NCBI GenBank assembly: GCA_965205975.1
Contig: OZ242195.1
Location: 3,616,001 to 3,680,000 of the forward strand
DNA length: 64,000 nt
From: Candidatus Latescibacterota bacterium
GTDB taxonomy: Bacteria; Latescibacterota; UBA2968
Direction of reading: 5' to 3'
Shown: piece by piece, positions 29,743-39,134 of the stretch
How the letters are laid out: every line of letters starts with the position of its first letter
Numbering within the stretch: the stretch's first letter is position 1
Notes under the pieces: generated by a model
What the model was told of the DNA's origin: nothing
The model's database searches: none
The model's input: only the letters and a program-made list of their open reading frames with translations
Made by a program: the position numbers and the translations under genes

Positions 29743-30423
29743 TTACGTCCCCTCTGCCACATTATCCAATTCCTGTAACAGCTCTCCATCAATCAAATTA
29801 ATCAATTCCTGCACCGTCTCAACAGTGAGTTGCGACGACTTAAAACCATGGGCAATCGCATCTCGCGTTTGCTGTGCGCGTTTGAGATCGTGATATGTTT
29901 CTCGCGCAATGATCCCTTCAAAAGTCATTTGCTTAAGCAGATAATCGGGCGTTGCAGTCTCACCCTCTATTCCCTCTTTCACCGCCAGGACTCTCAATGT
30001 CGCTTCCGCCAAAGACCACCCCATGAGAAATGCAGCCTCTAAATGCCCATTCTCTACAAAGAAAGCCACTTCCTTAATTTTTAAGCGGATTTCTTCGACA
30101 GTAAATAGCGAAGCTCCATTCACAAAAAATGAATTTTCTGGCCCTAATAAAAACAACTCAAATTTCCAGTCAGCCTCATTTCTGACAACTTTTGCCAATT
30201 CATTGACTTGAGGAAAATCAGAAACCTGCCCACGCACTCTTACTTCGACCACAATATTCTCATCGCCTTTATGTGCAATCAAATCTGGCCGAAATGCCTG
30301 TAAAAAATCAGGTAATTGATCGCCCTGAGGTTCAATCAACACATCATAGCCCTTGTCGCGATATACTTGCCCAACTTTCTGGACACGCTGTCTTTCGCTT
30401 TCCTGAGCAATTAAGTCAGCCAT
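29743..30423 (-). CDS. PD-(D/E)XK restriction-endonuclease-fold protein (AHJR-like) with HEPN-like C-terminus
   Basis: FRPDLIA...IVVEVR; C-terminal E..L...RDAIAHG (RxxxxH). Confidence 0.65.
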   Translation of the reverse strand: MADLIAQESERQRVQKVGQVYRDKGYDVLIEPQGDQLPDFLQAFRPDLIAHKGDENIVVEVRVRGQVSDFPQVNELAKVVRNEADWKFELFLLGPENSFFVNGASLFTVEEIRLKIKEVAFFVENGHLEAAFLMGWSLAEATLRVLAVKEGIEGETATPDYLLKQMTFEGIIARETYHDLKRAQQTRDAIAHGFKSSQLTVETVQELINLIDGELLQELDNVAEGT

Positions 30424-30829
30424 TGAACACCTCCTGGTCAGGAGCATCTTGAACGACAATAAATAAAAAATCACCTTCTTGCGTCAATCGTTTAAGTAAA
30501 ATATCAGAGGAAATTTCGACTCTTATATCCTCCAACCTTCGTTTCTGACACAACAGATCCGTTACCTGAGTATCATCTGTAAAAATCGTTTCTTTCAAAG
30601 CATCTAAAATGGGTTTGCTTATGTTATCTACATCTATCTTTGGGGATACATTTTCTTCATAGAAATAGGCAATTTTTATCATAACCGGATCGGCAACCAG
30701 CAACTCATCCTCTGGCCAATGACTTTTCGCTTCATTTTCAACTTTACTGATCCAATCTCGCCGTTTTTCTGCGCGCCTTGTTTGTTGAGAAACAGGAGGC
30801 CCATCAATCACAAATTCAAACGGCAACAC
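30416..30829 (-). CDS. RusA family Holliday junction resolvase-like nuclease
   Basis: G.PVS, DVDNISKPILDAL, DD.QV motif. Confidence 0.8.
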   Translation of the reverse strand: MLPFEFVIDGPPVSQQTRRAEKRRDWISKVENEAKSHWPEDELLVADPVMIKIAYFYEENVSPKIDVDNISKPILDALKETIFTDDTQVTDLLCQKRRLEDIRVEISSDILLKRLTQEGDFLFIVVQDAPDQEVFNG

Positions 30830-31337
30830 GACTATGTCTCTCCTGCGGTATGAGTACGCTCTTTGAAGATTCGGATTCCTTTATTTGGCGTTTCATTTTT
30901 TGGAAAGATAGATATTCTTCAGGCTTAACATACCGCCAAGATTGAGGGGCTACAAAATTCGAGAATAGATTTCTCAGCTTGCTCAAATCAACCGGATTTT
31001 CATATTCCCAAACATCTGTGACTTGCAGAGCATAAGCAATTTCACGCCCTGCATAATAGGCATCAAAACCTTGCTTATCGACGCCAGCGAGTTCAGATAC
31101 CTCGTTCCAAACTTCCTCAGGAGAACCCTGCCAAACATGTCCTACACGGAAGCCGCCGCGAAGTTGCTTGACAGGGCTTGACACATAAATAAACACATCG
31201 CGGCCCTCTATACCCGAAGCAATGCGCCTTCGCAACTCAGCTTTTTTGCGACCTGCAAAAATCAAGTCTGCGTAACGGGGTTTCAGGGACAAGAGCAAAG
31301 GTTGTGTTGTTTTGTTCATGACTGATTCGTATTCCAC
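30816..31337 (-). CDS. ASCH domain protein
   Basis: LLSLKPRYA..I..G.K..ELRR, IYVSSP, APQSWRY. Confidence 0.85.
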   Translation of the reverse strand: MEYESVMNKTTQPLLLSLKPRYADLIFAGRKKAELRRRIASGIEGRDVFIYVSSPVKQLRGGFRVGHVWQGSPEEVWNEVSELAGVDKQGFDAYYAGREIAYALQVTDVWEYENPVDLSKLRNLFSNFVAPQSWRYVKPEEYLSFQKMKRQIKESESSKSVLIPQERHSRVAV

Positions 31338-33922
31338 TAAATATCCAAAAAACCGTAGCGTCCGGCACTCAAAAGGGTCTCTCGCGCACGCTCCGCATTC
31401 TCGCGCACGTTATCATCTCCGCTGTCCAATCCTGCCTTCAAAATGGCCTTCGCTTCGTCTTCTGTGCCAATGTAGATGCTTTCGCCTTGATTAAGGGTAT
31501 CAGTAATTTTTGCAAAGCATTCAACGACTTTCGCAGTGTGGCTTTCGAGCATTCCGTTCAATACAGTCAGAATACTTGTGCCCCCCATGTCATCTAACGG
31601 GCCTGCATCGAGAATTTTAGCATAAGTATCCAATCGCCAATCCGGGTCAAAGCATTCCGCTTCCAGACAGTACGCGATCTTTTGCAGTTCTTCCGGTTCT
31701 TTCTGTTCAAGCCGCCAATCAAAAAATGCTACTATACGGTCTATCAAGCCTTGTTCCAAATGCTCACTACGATTTCCCACAGCCCACGCGACATAATTGG
31801 ATAAGCTCGCCCACCGCTGTGGATCGTTTTTGGTCTTCGCGTAGAATCTTTCCAGCAGACTATCTTCGCCCTTAAGTGGATAGACTTCCCACAAATAATA
31901 GGTAAAAAGACGTTGTGCCAGCATGTCAACTATTTCATTGTCTTCAATTTTGGGCAAGTGGTCAAGTGCGAATACAAAATCATCCCTCAGAATTTCAAAG
32001 GCCGGTTTGAACGGTTGAGTGAAGCGTAAGAAACTTCCAAATGCCTCTACCCATACGGGTAGATTATCTTGGGGAAAAAAGACCGCTTTGTATTCGACTG
32101 CCCATGTTTGATTCAGACTCCAAAGTTGAACGTAATACCTGCCCAATTGCGCGCGTTCCGGCATTGTAAGGGGGTACTCCGTACCGTCTTTAAAACGCTC
32201 TTCAATTATTGCGGTAACTTCTGGCACATTGTCCGTATCATCGTGCCTGCGTACCCATAAACCAAACTTCACAAGATCTTCCAAAGCACGACTGCGGGTG
32301 TTGTTGATGGCCTCGGTAATTTGATCATCACGGTTCAGAAAGACCGGCTCATCGTTATCTAATCGCCTGTCAAATTGTGTACATAACAATCTGAGAATAT
32401 TTGCCAGTGACTCCCTTGCGGTAAATGGGACGCTCGTTTCCTCTTTTAGACACTCACCAATGAAATCCCCTACTGCTCGTCGTGAATTTTCCCAGTCCGG
32501 ATGTTCCCGCGATCCATCTGGCTGTGAAAATCTCCCGTCTATCTGTTCCTGCGACTCATCTATTTTATCGCTGTCTGGATACGATAGCACCCAATCACAG
32601 AAATCAAACCATAGATTCAGCCGATTATAATGTCGCTCTTTTACATGCTCCTGTATCGCCTGAACAATTGCTTTGACATAAACTGGATCCTCTATCCGAT
32701 CACGGTTCTCCAACCAGAACGTCAATCGTTTCTCATCGGAGATAATCGTATCTTTGAACACAGTTTGAAATGCATCCGCCAATGCTTCAATGTTGATTTC
32801 AATCCACTGGTCATCCTCGTATCTATTTTCTTCGTACCATGGACGCTCTTCTTGCCAGGTGTTGATGTACGTGAGTAGTTCCTCGTCGCCAAACCCCGCC
32901 AGTTCTTCGGGTAGCTTTGGGCTACGATAAGAGACCCTCCCACCTTTTACCTGACCAACTGGTGAATAGTCTTCATCGTCAGGAGAGTCTTCATCGGATG
33001 CGTCTTCCAATTCCTGAAAATAGTTTTGATATTCTCCTGCCAGTAAACGAGCAAACGGGCGAAGTTGCCTTCTGTGAAAATTTCGTTTCCATTGCTGGAA
33101 TCCGTCCTCAGTAAATCGTTCTCCCATCCATTCACGGTGGTTTTCTTTTGATGGACCGCTCAGAATAGCTTCAAATATCTTTGTTCGTTCTCCTTCGCTG
33201 AGCAGGCTTCCACCAAAGTGCTTACAAGCCTTGCGAATCATGAGTTGAAACTCGTAATGATGTTCCCATTCGGCATAGTCTTTGTGTTCGAGGATGAACT
33301 CACGAATCCAGGGGAGGGTCTGTTCATTTGGGTTCAGTGCATAGAGGTGTTGGCGTAACCGCTTGAATACCTTCCATCTTTGATTTCGCAGTGCTTGATC
33401 CAATCTCTCAATTGATTCCGGAGATTCTTCATAGACCTTCCCACAGGCAAAGATCAGTGTGTGGACCAACATTTCTTTACTATCTGTATAGTTTCGGACA
33501 GAACGATTCAAACGCCTGCACCAGATTTCCGAGGAATCTGCATCTCCTTCTTCATCAAACTCTTCTTGATGCTTGCTCAGGCGTATCATGGTTGCCGTGG
33601 TATCAATAAGAATACGCGCTATATGGTATGGATCTTTCTCGCTTAGAGGACGTATGCCTTTTTCGAGAATTTGTTGGTATTTCCATTCCTCGAAACGAGG
33701 CGATGGTTCGAGGAACGTTGTCACATATTCCACATAGCCAGACATTGGTTCCTGGGATGTCGTCTCGTCCTGAATCTCCAATCGGCGTGCTTGCTTTTCT
33801 CCAGCTTTTGGATCTGGGAGAAAACCGACCGATTTTGTTAAGAACGCAGAAGTAAATCCAGCTAACTTCCTATCAAATAGAAAAGGCTTCTTGAGCAGTT
33901 CAATTATTTTGCTATGTCTCAT
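31337..33922 (-). CDS. Large hypothetical protein, probably alpha-helical
   Basis: 861-aa ORF overlapping both neighbours by 1 nt; no catalytic motif recognised. Confidence 0.7.
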   Translation of the reverse strand: MRHSKIIELLKKPFLFDRKLAGFTSAFLTKSVGFLPDPKAGEKQARRLEIQDETTSQEPMSGYVEYVTTFLEPSPRFEEWKYQQILEKGIRPLSEKDPYHIARILIDTTATMIRLSKHQEEFDEEGDADSSEIWCRRLNRSVRNYTDSKEMLVHTLIFACGKVYEESPESIERLDQALRNQRWKVFKRLRQHLYALNPNEQTLPWIREFILEHKDYAEWEHHYEFQLMIRKACKHFGGSLLSEGERTKIFEAILSGPSKENHREWMGERFTEDGFQQWKRNFHRRQLRPFARLLAGEYQNYFQELEDASDEDSPDDEDYSPVGQVKGGRVSYRSPKLPEELAGFGDEELLTYINTWQEERPWYEENRYEDDQWIEINIEALADAFQTVFKDTIISDEKRLTFWLENRDRIEDPVYVKAIVQAIQEHVKERHYNRLNLWFDFCDWVLSYPDSDKIDESQEQIDGRFSQPDGSREHPDWENSRRAVGDFIGECLKEETSVPFTARESLANILRLLCTQFDRRLDNDEPVFLNRDDQITEAINNTRSRALEDLVKFGLWVRRHDDTDNVPEVTAIIEERFKDGTEYPLTMPERAQLGRYYVQLWSLNQTWAVEYKAVFFPQDNLPVWVEAFGSFLRFTQPFKPAFEILRDDFVFALDHLPKIEDNEIVDMLAQRLFTYYLWEVYPLKGEDSLLERFYAKTKNDPQRWASLSNYVAWAVGNRSEHLEQGLIDRIVAFFDWRLEQKEPEELQKIAYCLEAECFDPDWRLDTYAKILDAGPLDDMGGTSILTVLNGMLESHTAKVVECFAKITDTLNQGESIYIGTEDEAKAILKAGLDSGDDNVRENAERARETLLSAGRYGFLDI

Positions 33923-34965
33923 CAGTCATGCTCCACAAAGGATAAAATATTGGAAGAGAGCTTCTCGACCACCTCAACCGAATCGGCCTTCAGGACGACA
34001 TCCATAATGCCTTCCAAAATATGCGGATTTGACGTTTCGGGAAGGTTCTCTAATATCTCAAGAACCTTCTCGGGCTTAGTTTCATAAACGCGAACGAGAT
34101 AATTGATCGGCGGCCAGAAAGGTGCCCAATCGTAGCCATCTGGTGTTTCTCCTATGTCCGGAGGATTATCGAAATAACCATTAGACCTCAAAGGTTCAAG
34201 CCACGCGCTATCTTTAACATGGGCGAAGAAGAACATGTAATTTGTCCATTTGCTGCGCTTGATTAATTCCAACATAGAATTTATGTCGTCTTCAGCTGGT
34301 GTGGATTTTTCGAGTATGGTCCTGATTTTTTGTTGATTCTGCGCTGTGATGGGAGCAAGCAGTTCGAAAATTATTTGATCTATAGCAGAAAAACACTCCA
34401 TAAAGCGTTGTTCATCAGGATTGCTTCCGTGATGAGCAAAACCCTCAAGTTCCGTCCATATTTTATTATATTGATCCCACTTTGCTTTTTTATTTGGATC
34501 GAACATGTTTGCCATCAGATCCATTTGACCGATGGCGGATTGAAACTGCTCTTTGCGTGTTGGCATCTGATTCAGTTCCAGGTATCGGTCAATATTTCGA
34601 AGTGTTTTATCAAAGTGAGTATTGACTGTCACGCCTTTCCATTTTCCATCACACCGTTCCCTGTCCTTTATCCAGCGATTATAGATACCTCGTCGCATCC
34701 CTCTGAAATCATATGACCTTACCACATCGCTTTCACGGACTACTCTTGGAAGTTTTTCAAGGAGTTCCCTTAAAGAATGGGCAGCTTGCGCGATTCGATC
34801 AGGATTGTATTTGTTTTGAAGCGCGTAAAGAGCACCTGAATACCAGTCACCCAAAGGATATTTATCTGTTTCTTTTGCTCTGAGCGCATCCAGGACCCGC
34901 TGTTGCCTTGCATCAAGAACCAGCGGTGACATCGGTTGATGATTATCTGAGAAGTTTTCACTCAT
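33922..34965 (-). CDS. Hypothetical protein with N-terminal HEPN-like nuclease-type domain
   Basis: Y.GAL..L....NPDRIAQAAHSLRELLEKLP and ELEGFAHH, then FF...K..AWL.PL...GYF.NPP...WP...YL; start could be 34995 or 34965. Confidence 0.55.
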   Translation of the reverse strand: MSENFSDNHQPMSPLVLDARQQRVLDALRAKETDKYPLGDWYSGALYALQNKYNPDRIAQAAHSLRELLEKLPRVVRESDVVRSYDFRGMRRGIYNRWIKDRERCDGKWKGVTVNTHFDKTLRNIDRYLELNQMPTRKEQFQSAIGQMDLMANMFDPNKKAKWDQYNKIWTELEGFAHHGSNPDEQRFMECFSAIDQIIFELLAPITAQNQQKIRTILEKSTPAEDDINSMLELIKRSKWTNYMFFFAHVKDSAWLEPLRSNGYFDNPPDIGETPDGYDWAPFWPPINYLVRVYETKPEKVLEILENLPETSNPHILEGIMDVVLKADSVEVVEKLSSNILSFVEHD

Positions 34966-35002
34966 TGGGATATAAACATCTCTTTTGAAGGTCATTTCAA
35001 CT

Positions 35003-35032
35003 AAAAAGAGGACTTGACCACAAGTCCTCTTT
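35003..35032 (-). terminator. Intrinsic terminator-like hairpin
   Basis: Perfect 12-bp stem AAAGAGGACTTG-ACCA-CAAGTCCTCTTT, ending in a T run on the minus strand. Confidence 0.7.
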
Positions 35033-35079
35033 GAAGGATTTCGTTCGGTTGTACCATCTTGCCCTGCATAGAGCCGAAT

Positions 35080-35208
35080 CTATTTTGCTTGTTTATTATT
35101 CTCAGAAGATTCCTTTTGTGGTTTTGGTCTTGGCGGTGGTGGCGGTGGTTTGGGTTTTGGAGGTCGTGCTGGTCTGGAAACAAAAATCTTTTTTTTAGAC
35201 TGCTGCAT
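35080..35208 (-). CDS. Unannotated 42-aa Pro/Lys-rich peptide
   Basis: GAGGAG RBS then ATG; MQQSKKKIFVSRPARPPKPKPPPPPPRPKPQKESSENNKQAK*; overlaps the SLATT stop codon. Confidence 0.55.
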   Translation of the reverse strand: MQQSKKKIFVSRPARPPKPKPPPPPPRPKPQKESSENNKQAK

Positions 35209-35698
35209 ATCTCTCCTCTGCAACTTTATATGCCTGGGTAGCACATTCCTCATTCAACTTTTGATCTTCTGGAATACCGGCATAGCCCACGCCACCTGTC
35301 ACACCTGTCATTCTCTGAACCAATTGTTTATTTCTCTCTATAACCTCTTCATTTGTCATCGTCCCATTATCGACATCAATCCATAAATCTTGCCATTCAT
35401 TTTCCAATTCACCACATTGAAGACTAATTGCATGTAAAACCGCGGCTTTTTTTCCATAATCAAAGACAAAATCCCAGGTAACAATAAGGGCAATCACTCC
35501 GCCCGATATGAGTTGGGCGATTGGCGGAAGCACATCTAAGAATGCAGCGACACCACTTGCTGCGGCGGCATAAAGCAAAAAACGGATAATGGTATAATTG
35601 CGACGATAACGATCTGAAAGCGCCGCGTAGTATCGAACAAGCCGCGCAATATCCAATAGATGTTGCCAAACTTCGTTTCTAATATGATCGGAAACCAT
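35195..35698 (-). CDS. SLATT-like two-TM effector protein
   Basis: Helix-TM-TM-helix layout (RYY..L..RY..., two hydrophobic segments, KA..H.....C..L...W..LW); GAGGTG RBS. Confidence 0.65.
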   Translation of the reverse strand: MVSDHIRNEVWQHLLDIARLVRYYAALSDRYRRNYTIIRFLLYAAAASGVAAFLDVLPPIAQLISGGVIALIVTWDFVFDYGKKAAVLHAISLQCGELENEWQDLWIDVDNGTMTNEEVIERNKQLVQRMTGVTGGVGYAGIPEDQKLNEECATQAYKVAEERYAAV

Positions 35699-35794
35699 AG
35701 TATCCACCTCTTTGCAAGTGGTGTACAACGGCTCGACGACGCAACCGAACGTACCGAAAACTGCAGCAGCAATTCAACCAAGTATCAATTGTAA

Positions 35795-35823
35795 GTTATA
35801 ACGAACAAACATACCAGTGTCAA
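35795..35823 (-). promoter_or_regulatory. Near-consensus sigma70 promoter for the SLATT gene
   Basis: Minus strand TTGACA-17 bp-TATAAC. Confidence 0.6.
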
Positions 35824-35845
35824 GCAGCAATCTTCTATTTTCATA

Positions 35846-35870
35846 TCATCCCGTCCATCCTGATTCAGAC
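35846..35870. repeat. Right arm of 25-bp inverted repeat
   Basis: TCATCCCGTCCATCCTGATTCAGAC. Confidence 0.8.
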
Positions 35871-36030
35871 GGTTTTTGATGTAACCGCTTCTTTCAGCAG
35901 GGTTTAGCCATCTGTTCCAAAAGCAACTTCTCCCGTTCAATTCGCTACACAGTGTGTAGCGAATCTCTTCATCCTTTCAGCGCCTCTCCAAGTTGGACAA
36001 GCAATTCATCCCGCCAAACCTGCCAAACCC

Positions 36031-36066
36031 TCATCCTGTTCATCCTCCCATCCTGCCTATCCTGAT
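36031..36066 (+). repeat. 36-bp direct repeat, copy 1
   Basis: TCATCCTGTTCATCCTCCCATCCTGCCTATCCTGAT; 35/36 identical to 37777-37812. Confidence 0.85.
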
Positions 36067-36120
36067 GAACTGGCCTGACACCAGTTGTAAACCGCTTCAG
36101 ACAGTTTCCACCTCATCCCA

Positions 36121-37626
36121 TCATCTGAGAAGCATGAAGGTTGACAGGGGCATGCTAACAATTCGGGGGTCGTCAACTTCTTCGGCATCGTCCTGCGTGA
36201 TCAGCAGACCAAAAGCGGCATTGTTCACTGATTTTTCCAGAAATGACCGAATGCCCAGCGTATCCCGTAAGGGATCTATCCTGCGTTGATATTTGATTTC
36301 TACCGGCACGCGTTGAGCACCGACAGTCAAAACAAAATCCACTTCGCGGTCTATTCCCCGTTCGGGAAAATGGGCGATGTCCAATCCGTGAATCGTCGAG
36401 GCAGTTGCGCCGAAAATACTCTCCGCGAGATGCCCGGCTAATGTGGTGAGTTCAGGACGCTCTATCAGGGCTTCCGACGTCAATGGAATCTGCTCTTGAA
36501 GCCAACTGGCTCGCAAGCCGTGATCAACCAGACAAAGTTTGGAACTCCCCCGCTTTCTTTTGAGCCGTATTTCAAGCGGAGGAATCAATCGAATCAGAAG
36601 TGTCTCGCCGAGAAATCTCAAATAGTGCGTCACGCGCTGGCTACCGATATTTGCGCCAAGCGATAGGCGCGCTTCGTCTGCAAGCATTGAAACCGTCGGC
36701 GTCTGCCCGGCGTAGCGACAGGTCAGGCGAAAAAGTTCTTCAAGCAATTGAGGATCTCTCTTTCGCCCGCGATCACCAACCCGAAGATCGTGTTGGATCA
36801 CACGCTGAATCACGGTTTCGTTCAACTGATCTGCAAGCACAGCCCATTCGACATCCTTCTGTTTGTGGACGATGGGATAGCCGCCGCGCTCTGAAAAATG
36901 TTGAAACGCCTCATTCCGAAATCCCGTGTTATCCTCACCATGAGCACGCAGTTCCCGCCAGAAATTCTTGTCAATCAGAAAACGCAGGCCGTTGTCCTGC
37001 AGGAATGGCCTCGGCGTTTCCAACCCGCGCAACGCCCCGATTTCGGTCAGCGAAAGCACCCCCGCCTCAATGGTGTTAATGCGTCCTGCCAGACTATCCC
37101 GGCCCCTTTCAATCCTCAGTGCAGAACTTCCAGTAACGACAACTTTTACTGAGGCATGATCCACAAGGGACTTCAGTTGTGCATGCCAGCCGTCCAGATT
37201 CTGAATCTCGTCAAAAAAGAGATATGCCTTCTGCCCATCTCGCGCTAACGCATTGAAACGCGCCCCTGTTATCTTGCGTTCAAACCAATCGGAAATGCGA
37301 AGAATCGGCTCCTCTATCCCTTGCAGCAATTCCAATTCATCAAACTGCACCCGCAGGATACTTGTGGGGGGCACGCCTTCGTCGAGCAAATCCGCAATGA
37401 GTTGAAACTGTGCCGTCGTTTTTCCTACCTGGCGCGGGCCTCGCACCACGATAATCGGAGCTATCTCTGCATCCAGACGGCGACGTATCTGAGTGACCAG
37501 ATGTCGGCGCGTTTGAGGTTGCAGAGGCATGGGGTCACCTTCCCACCAGGGATTAAACCGGCGCAAGTCAGCGACCAATTGCGGAGGGAGCCCGCTATCG
37601 GCAAAAAGCAAATCCTGACTGCTCAT
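36121..37626 (-). CDS. AAA_14 ATPase with DUF4143 / PD-(D/E)XK C-terminus
   Basis: GPRQVGKTT, FDEIQ, TGSS, LAGR, GGYP, EVDFV...PVEIK. Confidence 0.88.
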   Translation of the reverse strand: MSSQDLLFADSGLPPQLVADLRRFNPWWEGDPMPLQPQTRRHLVTQIRRRLDAEIAPIIVVRGPRQVGKTTAQFQLIADLLDEGVPPTSILRVQFDELELLQGIEEPILRISDWFERKITGARFNALARDGQKAYLFFDEIQNLDGWHAQLKSLVDHASVKVVVTGSSALRIERGRDSLAGRINTIEAGVLSLTEIGALRGLETPRPFLQDNGLRFLIDKNFWRELRAHGEDNTGFRNEAFQHFSERGGYPIVHKQKDVEWAVLADQLNETVIQRVIQHDLRVGDRGRKRDPQLLEELFRLTCRYAGQTPTVSMLADEARLSLGANIGSQRVTHYLRFLGETLLIRLIPPLEIRLKRKRGSSKLCLVDHGLRASWLQEQIPLTSEALIERPELTTLAGHLAESIFGATASTIHGLDIAHFPERGIDREVDFVLTVGAQRVPVEIKYQRRIDPLRDTLGIRSFLEKSVNNAAFGLLITQDDAEEVDDPRIVSMPLSTFMLLR

Positions 37627-37776
37627 GATCAATCCTTTCTCCAAAGCCTTGCATTTCGACCACGCGAAACGCCGGTTAGCTCCACATCCCAATAATATAC
37701 AGCATCAGTAACAAATTCAGACAATTTCCACCAAATCCCGTCCATCCCCATATGCACTAAATGAGCGACCTGCCTT

Positions 37777-37812
37777 TCATCCTGTCCATCCTCCCATCCT
37801 GCCTATCCTGAT
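37777..37812 (+). repeat. 36-bp direct repeat, copy 2
   Basis: TCATCCTGTCCATCCTCCCATCCTGCCTATCCTGAT; contains the stop codon of the adjacent sulfatase. Confidence 0.85.
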
Positions 37813-39134
37813 CCAAAGTGCTTCCCTTGCTTCGCTGCTTGCCATTGGTCTTCTGTATCGATCTCCGCGCCGGGATCGCCCTGTTGTTTCATCCAGCAAT
37901 CCAGCTCGGCAGACAGGCGTCTTTTCGCCTCTGTGTGTGCGGGATCATCGGCCAGATTATTCAACTCGCAGGGATCCTCATCCATGCGATACAACTGCTC
38001 GGGGGGACGGCGCATATATCGATCCACCAAAAACCGCGTATGCTCATTAAACGTCGTATCAAAAACCCACGTCGGCCAGTACTGGTGCCATCTAAACTGC
38101 CCCATCAGATGCTTCTCAATATAGATCGCCTCGGGCGTGAGATTGCGAATATAGTGATACGTACCATCCGTCACCGCGCGGATCGGATAGGGCGGACCCT
38201 CGGGAATATTATTATGCATAAAATACGCGAACGCCCGATGTTCATCTGCCTCGTCCAAAAGCACAGACATAAAACTCGACCCATCAAAATCAATCGCACC
38301 TGAATCGCCGCCCGCAGCCTCAATCAGCGTTGGCGCAACATCCTCATACTGAATAACCGCATCGGTATATCCCGGCTTCACCACGCCGGGCCAGCGCACG
38401 ATAAAACCCGTATGAACACCCGTATTCCAATTCGTCCACTTGCACCCGGGAAACTGCGACCCCTGCTCAGACGTAAAAATCACCAGCGTATTATCCGCCT
38501 GCCCGGTCTCGTCCAGCACCGCCAGAATCTCACCCACCTCCTGATCCAGCACTTCAATCTCCGCCAAATACTTTGCATAATCACTCCGCGTCTCCTCCGT
38601 ATCCGCCAGATACGGAGGCAACTTCAACGCATCCAGATCAAAATGCTCGGGATTGCCCAGCGTCCACGGCGCATGCGGCTCAAAAAGCCCGGTCACAAGA
38701 CAAAAAGGCGCATCCCGATCTTGCTCCACAAACGCGCGAATCCCCGCAACGCCAAACTCGGGATCGGGATGTGTGCATCCCCCCTCAATACCCGGCACAT
38801 ATTCAAAAGGAAAACTCTTATTGGGACCCACATGCTTCTTGCCACACAGCCCCACGCGATACCCCAGATCCCCCAGAAAATGCGGAAGACTCCTCGTCCC
38901 CGGACGCGCAGCAGAATGATTCCAGCACGAACCATTGCGCGCCGGGTACAACCCCGTATAAAGCGCCGTACGGCACGGATTACACATCGCCATAGGCAAA
39001 TACGCCCGATTAAAAACCAGACCATCCTGCGCCAACCCGTCAATATTCGGCGTATCCACATTCTGCCCACCGTAAAGCGACAAATCGAGATACGTCGCAT
39101 CATCTGCAATCACGATCAGAATATTCGGTTCCAT
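37803..39134 (-). CDS. Sulfatase (N-sulfoglucosamine sulfohydrolase-like)
   Basis: PNILIVIADD, CNPCRTALYTG, GKKH, PHAPW. Confidence 0.9.
   Translation of the reverse strand: MEPNILIVIADDATYLDLSLYGGQNVDTPNIDGLAQDGLVFNRAYLPMAMCNPCRTALYTGLYPARNGSCWNHSAARPGTRSLPHFLGDLGYRVGLCGKKHVGPNKSFPFEYVPGIEGGCTHPDPEFGVAGIRAFVEQDRDAPFCLVTGLFEPHAPWTLGNPEHFDLDALKLPPYLADTEETRSDYAKYLAEIEVLDQEVGEILAVLDETGQADNTLVIFTSEQGSQFPGCKWTNWNTGVHTGFIVRWPGVVKPGYTDAVIQYEDVAPTLIEAAGGDSGAIDFDGSSFMSVLLDEADEHRAFAYFMHNNIPEGPPYPIRAVTDGTYHYIRNLTPEAIYIEKHLMGQFRWHQYWPTWVFDTTFNEHTRFLVDRYMRRPPEQLYRMDEDPCELNNLADDPAHTEAKRRLSAELDCWMKQQGDPGAEIDTEDQWQAAKQGKHFGSG

Noticed and set aside
29743..37626. Integron cassette array or prophage
   Set aside because: No integrase, attC-like sites or phage structural genes were recognised.
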